47,942 nt of DNA from Candidatus Roizmanbacteria bacterium RIFCSPHIGHO2_02_FULL_40_13b (GTDB lineage Bacteria > Patescibacteriota > Microgenomatia > UBA1406 > HO2-37-13b), in assembly GCA_001789445.1 (NCBI GenBank), contig MFZQ01000029.1:1-47942 (forward strand). Reading direction: 5' to 3'. Positions 41,738 to 47,942 of this stretch are shown here, piece by piece. Each line of letters opens with the position of its first letter. The first letter of the stretch is position 1. The notes under the pieces were generated by a model. It searched no databases. It had not been told where the DNA came from and worked only from the letters and a program-made list of their open reading frames with translations. The translations under genes and the position numbers were made by a program.

Positions 41738-42844
41738 TCACTTTTTCTTCCATACAACCTTATTGTAAAGAAAATACGAGTAGGGGATGATGACGAGGGC
41801 GATGATGATGACTTTATAAATATACCAATATTCTCTTGGAAAGAAAACAGTTGCACCTTGTAAAAGTATTGCTTGAATAAGGATATTTCCGACAGAAATA
41901 GTATTAAATTGAATGAGAGATTTGAGGAAAGATGAACGTGTATTTTCCACTTTTTTATGTGAGAAACTCCAAAAATTATTAAAGAAAAAATTGGAAATAA
42001 TTGCAATTTCTGCGCTAATTACGGTTGCCATCCAAATTGCAAAGCCTGCTTTTTCAATGAGGAAAAATGACGTTCCAAAGTCAAGTACTGCACCGATAAG
42101 TCCAACAATTCCGAATTTGATAAAGGAGGAATGTTGAAAAATATATCTTACAATGTCAAATATATATCGACCGGAATTTATTTTTGAAACGCCTGAATTT
42201 CGCTCTTGGAAATGTACCGGAACCTCTTCAATTTTTTTATGCAATTTTACTGCCCGATCAAGAAGTGCAATTTGAAAAACATATCCGTTGTATTCATCAA
42301 GATGTGGAATAATTTCTTTTAAGAAATCAGTTTTTATCGCTCGGTATCCATTAGTCCAATCGTGAACTGCCAAATGCATAAATCCCAAACGTACGACCAG
42401 ATTTCCACAATATGAAAAAACTTTTCGATAAAATTCCCAATTTTTTGGTATGGAACCTCCTTTTATGTATCGTGTGCCAATTACAATATCTGCTCCCCCA
42501 TCTATTTTTTGAAGTAGCAGGGGAATTGAAGCGGGATCATGTGAAAGATCAGCATCCATTTCGAAAACTATATCCGATTTTAAATTTGTTAAGACATATT
42601 TGAAGCCTCGAACATATGCTTTCCCAAGTCCTGCTTTTTGTCCAGAAGTTATATACAATTTTTTGTATTTCTTTTGAAGTTCAACAACTTTTTCGGCAGT
42701 TTTATCAGGTGAAGTATCGTCAACAACAACTATTGAAAATTCCCATCCAGGAGTTTTTTCTTCCTGTTCAAAGATTTGTGGAATGATAATTCCAACATTT
42801 TCTCGCTCATTATATGTTGGTAGTATGATCGTTGCACTTTTCAT
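41738..42844 (-). CDS. GT2 polyprenyl-phosphate glycosyltransferase fused to a GtrA-like membrane domain (DPM1/ArnC-like)
   Basis: 368 aa: ILPTYNEREN, VVDDTSPDKT, EMDADLSHDP. The C-terminal 4-TM GtrA-like part reads FIKFGIVGLIGAVLDF...NFFFNNFWSF. Confidence 0.9.
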   Translation of the reverse strand: MKSATIILPTYNERENVGIIIPQIFEQEEKTPGWEFSIVVVDDTSPDKTAEKVVELQKKYKKLYITSGQKAGLGKAYVRGFKYVLTNLKSDIVFEMDADLSHDPASIPLLLQKIDGGADIVIGTRYIKGGSIPKNWEFYRKVFSYCGNLVVRLGFMHLAVHDWTNGYRAIKTDFLKEIIPHLDEYNGYVFQIALLDRAVKLHKKIEEVPVHFQERNSGVSKINSGRYIFDIVRYIFQHSSFIKFGIVGLIGAVLDFGTSFFLIEKAGFAIWMATVISAEIAIISNFFFNNFWSFSHKKVENTRSSFLKSLIQFNTISVGNILIQAILLQGATVFFPREYWYIYKVIIIALVIIPYSYFLYNKVVWKKK

Positions 42845-43809
42845 AGATCAAATCGCGACTTAAAATACTCAACTGTTTTTTGAATTCCTTCTTCAAACGG
42901 AGTAGAAGGAGCAAAATTGAAGAGTTTTTTAGCTTTTGCAATATCGGGACGGCGACGTTGTGGATCGTCTCCCGGAACATCCGAAGGATAGGGAATTGCC
43001 GTTATTTGAGAACTAGAACCTACTATTTTTTTGATGATGTGTGCAACATTAATGATTTTTTGTTCGATACTATTTCCCAAATTTACTACCTCTCCGGCGC
43101 TTTGAGACTGCGAAAGTAGTGAAAGTCCCACAATCATATCATCAACATAACAGAAAGATCTAGTTTGTTCTCCTTTGTTATATACAGTAATATCTTTATT
43201 CTGTAACGCTTGCGTTATGAAATTTGAGACGACTCGTCCATCATCCATTTCCATATTCGGTCCATATGTGTTAAACAGTCGTGCTATATGAATGTTTAGG
43301 TTGTCTTTTCGAAAAAAAGTCATGCACATAGCCTCACCAAACCGTTTAGCTTCATCATAACAAGACCGTTCCCCATTTGGATTCACATTTCCCCAATAGG
43401 TTTCCTTTTGCGGATGCTCAAGCGGATCTCCATACACCTCTGACGTTGAGGTGTACAAAAAACTACCTGAAGAACTTTCTTTGAAAAAGTTCAGAATGTT
43501 ATACGTTCCAAGTGAATTAACCAAAAGCGTTTCTTTTTGATGCGTAAAATATTGTTTTGGTGAAGCGGGGGACGCAAGGTGAAAAATGTAATCAAATGTT
43601 TGACCTGTAAGTTTTGTCATCCATTCAGTTTTGATAAGATCCACATTGATAAATGTAAATAAGTTATTTTTGAGAAAGGGTTCAAGATTTTTTTTTGAAC
43701 CGGTGAGTAAATTATCGATAACAGTTACCGTATCGCTGTTTTTTAAGAAAGATCTAGTCAAGTTGGAACCGATGAAACCCGCTCCTCCCGTAATAAGAAT
43801 ATTTTTCAT
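42841..43809 (-). CDS. UDP-glucuronate decarboxylase-like SDR (UXS/ArnA-C-terminal type)
   Basis: 322 aa: ILITGGAGFIGSNL and catalytic YDEAKR. Length and overall blocks are typical of UDP-xylose synthases. Confidence 0.8.
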   Translation of the reverse strand: MKNILITGGAGFIGSNLTRSFLKNSDTVTVIDNLLTGSKKNLEPFLKNNLFTFINVDLIKTEWMTKLTGQTFDYIFHLASPASPKQYFTHQKETLLVNSLGTYNILNFFKESSSGSFLYTSTSEVYGDPLEHPQKETYWGNVNPNGERSCYDEAKRFGEAMCMTFFRKDNLNIHIARLFNTYGPNMEMDDGRVVSNFITQALQNKDITVYNKGEQTRSFCYVDDMIVGLSLLSQSQSAGEVVNLGNSIEQKIINVAHIIKKIVGSSSQITAIPYPSDVPGDDPQRRRPDIAKAKKLFNFAPSTPFEEGIQKTVEYFKSRFDL

Positions 43810-43813
43810 TTTT

Positions 43814-45100
43814 TTATCTTCCTACAGAGAAATAAGAAAATCCTAATAGCTCCATTTCTTGTGGATTATATATATTTCTTCCATCAAAAATGAGGGGAGT
43901 TTTCATAGATTTTTTAACACGGGCGAGGTTAATCTGTTTAAACTCATTCCATTCGGTAAGAATGACGAGTGCATCAGCGTCTTTTGTCGCGGCATATGGA
44001 TCTTCTGTAAACGTTATTTTTGCACCAAATATTTTTTTTGAATTTATACTCGCTTCTGGATCGTATGCGCAAATTTCATACGCTTCTTTCAATAGTTTCT
44101 TGATAATATATGTTGATGGAGCAAATCGAATATCATCAGTGTTTGGCTTAAATGCCAAACCCCATATTCCAATTTTTTTTCCACTTGTATTCATAATAAT
44201 TTTTTCAACTATATTCTCTTTTGCCTGGTCATTTATTTTTTCAACGGCAGTGAGAAGAGACATATCCACCCCAAGCGCTGATCCAGTACTAATAAGTGCT
44301 TTAACATCTTTGGGAAAACAACTTCCTCCATACCCAACCCCCGGGTCAAGAAAAATTCGTCCAATACGTTTATCAAGACCGATTCCCTCCATCACCTCAT
44401 CAACATTTCCACCTGCCTTCTCGCATATAAAGGATATGAGGTTAGCATATGAAATTTTAGTCGCAAGAATAGAATTTGCTGCATATTTGATGATTTCTGC
44501 TGACTCGATACTCACAAGAACTCGGGCCCCAGGTAAAGGTTTATGAAGTCGAAGTAATGTATCTGTCGCTTTTTGGGCCTCTGATCCGATAACAACGCGG
44601 TCCGGCTCAAACGTATCGGTAAGCGCACTACCTTCCCGCAAAAACTCTGGGCATGAGGCAATATCAAATTCTGTCCCCTTTTTCATTACAGCTTCGATCT
44701 TGTGCGCGATCATTCGATTTGTACCCACCGGTACAGTACTTTTACACGAAACAACCGTATATCTATCTCCTAAATTTTTCCCAATTTCTGTTGCCACTGA
44801 AAGGACTGTTGAAAGGTCTGCTTCACCATTCTCTTTTGGAGGCGTTCCAACAGCAATAAATACAACATCAGATTTAGGGACTGTCTCACTATATGAATTC
44901 GTGAAAACAATTCGTTTGGCGGCTAAATTCTTCTTTAAAAGTTCCGCAAGGCCGGGTTCGAAGATAAGTGGATCGCCTGAAGACAGTCTTTTAAGTTTTT
45001 CTGGCGTATGGCCTACGACATATACCATATTTCCAAGATCAGCAAAGACACACGCAGTTACAAGACCAACGTAGCCATGTCCAACAAAAGTGATTGTCAT
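43814..45100 (-). CDS. ugd: UDP-glucose 6-dehydrogenase
   Basis: 428 aa: ITFVGHGYVGLV Rossmann start and catalytic GYGGSCFPKDV. Confidence 0.95.
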   Translation of the reverse strand: MTITFVGHGYVGLVTACVFADLGNMVYVVGHTPEKLKRLSSGDPLIFEPGLAELLKKNLAAKRIVFTNSYSETVPKSDVVFIAVGTPPKENGEADLSTVLSVATEIGKNLGDRYTVVSCKSTVPVGTNRMIAHKIEAVMKKGTEFDIASCPEFLREGSALTDTFEPDRVVIGSEAQKATDTLLRLHKPLPGARVLVSIESAEIIKYAANSILATKISYANLISFICEKAGGNVDEVMEGIGLDKRIGRIFLDPGVGYGGSCFPKDVKALISTGSALGVDMSLLTAVEKINDQAKENIVEKIIMNTSGKKIGIWGLAFKPNTDDIRFAPSTYIIKKLLKEAYEICAYDPEASINSKKIFGAKITFTEDPYAATKDADALVILTEWNEFKQINLARVKKSMKTPLIFDGRNIYNPQEMELLGFSYFSVGR

Positions 45101-45137
45101 AAGACTACATGATAGAGAAAAAACTGTGAAAAAACAA

Positions 45138-45980
45138 TTAGGAAAGTTGTTTTTTCATTTCGCCCAATCCATCGCGGAGGTTTTTCATGGGGTAAAACGA
45201 ATTTTTTTTGGAAATCATCGTACCATTCCGTGGTCGTTTTGCCTTACTTTCGTAAAACTGATCATATACAATCTTCCCAACGTGTTCTTTAGAAAGTCCA
45301 AAAACCTCTGCTATAGTCATAATACTGTCAAATCCTGATAGACTGTCACCTCCAACAATATGATAGATTTCGCTCGAATAGTTTTGAAATAAATGTTTGA
45401 ACGCATACGCGATATCATCGATAAATGTGAGAGTAAGAATTTGATCAGTGACGCCGTTAAATTGTTCGCTTGAAGAAAGCATTGAAATAATTGTTCGCAC
45501 AAAGTCTTTTTTTTCGTCAAAACGTGCCCGATACGGATAACTTATTCTCATTATCATCCCATCTTTTCCCACGATCTTTTCTCCCTCATATTTTGTTTTT
45601 CCATACGCTGAAATTGGGTTTGGAACACTTTCTTCATCATAATTTCCCGTTGTGCCATCAAATACAAAATCTGTTGAAATATAGATAAACTTTTTACGTT
45701 TATTTGTGACCACTTCAAAAACATTTTTCGTACCTTCAACATTTATTTTTCGTGCTATTTCCTCGTTAACTTCTGCGCCATCGACACTTGTGTATGCTGC
45801 TGCATGAAGAAATATGTCAAAGTCGATCTCATAGAGTTTTTTATTGACTTCATCTGGTTTGCAAATATCCATATCAGTGGAAGTAATAGGGATAAAATCA
45901 AAATCGGTTCCCAAAAGTTCAACAATGCGCGAGCCCACAAGCCCCGTGAGTCCCGTCCCCGCAATCTTCAATTTATCCAT
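45138..45980 (-). CDS. RmlD-like sugar-nucleotide reductase (dTDP-4-dehydrorhamnose reductase family SDR)
   Basis: 280 aa: GTGLTGLVGSRI, HAAAYTSVDGAE, YGKTKYEGE (YxxxK). Confidence 0.7.
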   Translation of the reverse strand: MDKLKIAGTGLTGLVGSRIVELLGTDFDFIPITSTDMDICKPDEVNKKLYEIDFDIFLHAAAYTSVDGAEVNEEIARKINVEGTKNVFEVVTNKRKKFIYISTDFVFDGTTGNYDEESVPNPISAYGKTKYEGEKIVGKDGMIMRISYPYRARFDEKKDFVRTIISMLSSSEQFNGVTDQILTLTFIDDIAYAFKHLFQNYSSEIYHIVGGDSLSGFDSIMTIAEVFGLSKEHVGKIVYDQFYESKAKRPRNGTMISKKNSFYPMKNLRDGLGEMKKQLS

Positions 45981-46025
45981 TGAATCATTATATAAGTTTC
46001 TGACATTAATTTATACTATCTTGGT

Positions 46026-46598
46026 ATGACAGAGAAAGACATTATTAAGCTAATTAGACAAGATGAGTGGATGATGAAGAAACTTCGCGCCGTTCAAAAA
46101 CCTAACCTTCCCGACTGGTACATTGGCGCAGGATTTGTAAGAAGTAAGATCTGGGATACACTTCATGGATATAAAAAAAGAACTCCGATTCCAGATATTG
46201 ACGTAATTTATTTTGATAAGAATGATTTTTCAGAAGAAGAATTGCAAAAAGATTCGACGGCCGAAGAGGTATATTTTCAAAATCTACTGTCAAGTGAGCT
46301 TTCTGGTCTACAATGGTCAGTGACGAATCAGGCACGAATGCATATATTTCATGATGACGTACCGTATACAAATTCAGTTGATGCATTATCAAAATGGGTC
46401 GAAACAGCAACGTGTATTGGTGTTCGAGTAGAGGAAAAAGATACTCTTATTTTAGTCGCACCGCATGGTATTGATGACTTAGTAAATCTCATTATTCGCC
46501 CAACACTTAAAACTAAAAAAAATATGCAAGAGTTTACAAGGAGATTAAATGAGAAAAAATGGCTCCAAAAGTGGCCAAAACTGAAGACGATCTATTGA
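46026..46598 (+). CDS. nucleotidyltransferase-family protein (NTP_transf_6/DUF925-like)
   Basis: 190 aa. YIGAGFVRSKIWDTLHG...IPDIDVIYFD resembles that family's N-terminal signature. Confidence 0.6.
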   Translation: MTEKDIIKLIRQDEWMMKKLRAVQKPNLPDWYIGAGFVRSKIWDTLHGYKKRTPIPDIDVIYFDKNDFSEEELQKDSTAEEVYFQNLLSSELSGLQWSVTNQARMHIFHDDVPYTNSVDALSKWVETATCIGVRVEEKDTLILVAPHGIDDLVNLIIRPTLKTKKNMQEFTRRLNEKKWLQKWPKLKTIY

Positions 46599-46734
46599 TG
46601 GACTTTATAGCGTGAAAAATAGTTACAACTTTAGAACTTCACAGCAGTCCTTTTAACCCCCGGAGTTAAAAATCTTGTTCTGACAGTATTTTCCTCCACT
46701 TGATTTTCATTTCTTTTTTATAGATAATGAAACT

Positions 46735-47007
46735 ATGATAGATACATCCCAGATTCTTATAGTCTCTGCAGTTACGGTTATGACGGTTATCCTTACCATA
46801 GTTGGTATTCAGCTTATTTTCGTACTCAAAGAATTCTCGATGCTTGTTAAGAGAGCAAACAGAATTACTGATGAGCTTGAAAAAATTGGGATGAATGTTG
46901 GGCACGGGGCGGGGGAAATTGTTGGATTTATTTCAGGAATCAAAAACTTCGTTGGAATCGTGGATATTTTAGCCAAACGAAAGGAGAAAAAGAATGACAA
47001 AAAATAG
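46735..47007 (+). CDS. small single-TM protein (DUF948-like)
   Basis: 90 aa with an N-terminal TM followed by a charged helix. TTGATT-17 nt-GATAAT lies 6 nt upstream of the ATG. Confidence 0.5.
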   Translation: MIDTSQILIVSAVTVMTVILTIVGIQLIFVLKEFSMLVKRANRITDELEKIGMNVGHGAGEIVGFISGIKNFVGIVDILAKRKEKKNDKK

Positions 47008-47281
47008 TCCTCATCACCAGTCATTTTGGTCTGGCCTCTCACTAGGCGTCATCGTAGGAGGTTCTGCACTTGCGCTTTTTGGTACAAAAAAGGGAAGGGA
47101 AGTCGTTCACAAACTTCTCGATATCTCCGAAAACTTTGAAGATGTAGCCAGTGACTTTATTGGAAATGTAGAAGATGAACTCAAAGAGCAGGTTGGACCA
47201 GCAATTCAAACCCGTGGTGTCACCGCCATCGAATCCCTCATGGATAAAATCCAATCCGTGCTTCCGGAGAAAGTAAAATAA
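46994..47281 (+). CDS. YtxH-like small protein
   Basis: 95 aa. GLSLGVIVGGSALALFGTKKGREV matches the YtxH N-terminal pattern. It overlaps the previous gene by 14 nt. Confidence 0.55.
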   Translation: MTKNSPHHQSFWSGLSLGVIVGGSALALFGTKKGREVVHKLLDISENFEDVASDFIGNVEDELKEQVGPAIQTRGVTAIESLMDKIQSVLPEKVK

Positions 47282-47285
47282 GTTC

Positions 47286-47315
47286 TTGACAATCTCATAA
47301 AGACAGGCTTATACT
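47286..47315 (+). promoter_or_regulatory. sigma70-like promoter (TTGACA-18 nt-TATACT), ATG 7 nt downstream
   Basis: TCTTGACAATCT is the same 12-mer as at 12329-12340. There is no SD before the ATG at 47323. Confidence 0.5.
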
Positions 47316-47322
47316 AGGCCCC

Positions 47323-47844
47323 ATGACAATAGAATCTAAAGGAATGGCTTCTACCCCCCCCATTCCTGACACAAGCTTAGGAGCTGAACCAGGTGAAAAA
47401 ATAACAGAGGTAGCATTTGCATGGGTTGGATACCAAATACCTCCAGAGAATACTGCAGAATTTGATACATATGCATATCTAATACATAAAGGACTTGGTT
47501 TAATTGAACTTGGTGCTGATGGTCTTGAGGATGCGGCGGGTTATCGAAGACCTGGAGATGCTCTATTTGTAGTAGTCGGTTTTGATGGAAATGAGCATGA
47601 AGTAACACGTATCACCGTTGCGGCATATGAAAGCAAAGCTCATCGTAATGCTGTTGACTTTAAAGATGGTCCTGGAAAAATAGTTCTAGATCATGCTAGT
47701 GCAATGGCAGAGAGATTAGGAGGTTCACTTATTTCAATTAGAGAACCAGTGTTACCCGAAGATGCAGAGCAATTTTTACAAGATACTGATCCTCGAATTG
47801 AGTATCCGGTCGGCCAGCCCGCACAACCAGGACCAGCTATATAG
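47323..47844 (+). CDS. hypothetical protein (orphan, soluble, G+C-richer)
   Basis: 173-aa ORF with no recognisable motif and an island-type promoter. Confidence 0.55.
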   Translation: MTIESKGMASTPPIPDTSLGAEPGEKITEVAFAWVGYQIPPENTAEFDTYAYLIHKGLGLIELGADGLEDAAGYRRPGDALFVVVGFDGNEHEVTRITVAAYESKAHRNAVDFKDGPGKIVLDHASAMAERLGGSLISIREPVLPEDAEQFLQDTDPRIEYPVGQPAQPGPAI

Positions 47845-47942
47845 AAACGCTTTCAATTTAGGGTTCTCCTACCCAGTTGGTACAAGCTCTAATGTGTTTA
47901 GCAAATACTGACGTGGTGAACTGAACATCTCAGGTCTGCAAA

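Noticed and set aside
41698-42006. 102-aa minus-strand ORF ending in ...VIPAKAGIY
   Set aside because: It overlaps the GT2-GtrA gene in another frame. Its tail is simply the translated hairpin mini-element at 41704-41727.
43890-44546. 218-aa plus-strand ORF, with similar antisense ORFs at 6345-6860, 5952-6257, 44700-45074, 7671-8051 and 38113-38472
   Set aside because: All lie fully inside strongly supported opposite-strand genes (ugd, ABC permease, HlyD, GT2). Their Ser/Pro/Ile-rich low-complexity translations are typical of antisense frames.
46666-46905. 79-aa minus-strand ORF
   Set aside because: It is antisense to the small TM protein gene 46735-47007, which has a proper promoter 6 nt upstream of its ATG. 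The translation is AT-rich and low in complexity.
1-47942. Alternative genetic code (UGA recoding as in some CPR lineages such as Gracilibacteria/Absconditabacteria)
   Set aside because: Long uninterrupted ORFs with recognisable motifs are obtained with the standard code. TGA also clearly acts as a stop at coupled junctions: ATGA at 23587-23590 and 38830-38833, and TGATG at 19553-19557.

Overview
AT-rich bacterial fragment read with the standard genetic code. Its content suggests a Candidate Phyla Radiation / Patescibacteria (Microgenomates-like) genome: very dense packing, tiny hairpin repeats inside genes, a dozen ArnT/PMT-like membrane glycosyltransferases, and LCP, LysM and CAP proteins. 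That taxonomic call is inference only. Layout: (1) 1-4.7 kb holds an LCP gene fragment, tRNA-Phe and tRNA-Gly, an MGMT-like gene whose 3' end overlaps an antisense tRNA-Ile(UAU), an FtsK-gamma-like protein, uppP, a GT4 and a membrane protein. (2) 4.9-8.7 kb holds two small secreted proteins and a YknXYZ/MacAB-like MFP-ATPase-permease exporter. (3) 8.75-12.7 kb holds tRNA-Cys followed by a visibly G+C-richer island. It has four orphan genes, one of them a receiver-less tandem OmpR-type winged-helix protein, plus a HigB/HigA-like toxin-antitoxin pair, punctuated by three copies of one conserved hairpin. This is my best candidate for an undescribed system. (4) 13.3-46 kb is a roughly 30 kb envelope-glycosylation supercluster: 12 GT-C-like polytopic membrane proteins, 6 GT2, a second GT4 (the first lies upstream at 2310-3431), a Wzx-like flippase, Ugd, a UXS-like decarboxylase and an RmlD-like reductase, with LysM, HEXXH, NUDIX and CPBP proteins interspersed. 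(5) 46-47.9 kb holds small proteins and another G+C-rich orphan. Several families of short dispersed repeats are superimposed on this: GTCAT...GATC hairpins, CAATTTNN octamer arrays, AGTAGTT heptamer arrays, GAGTCTC-type elements and CT-rich elements. Many sit in frame inside the glycosyltransferase genes. Operon-leading genes also show a very regular -10 box 6-8 nt upstream of ATG, a leaderless-type architecture. I saw no rRNA, CRISPR array, integrase or transposase.
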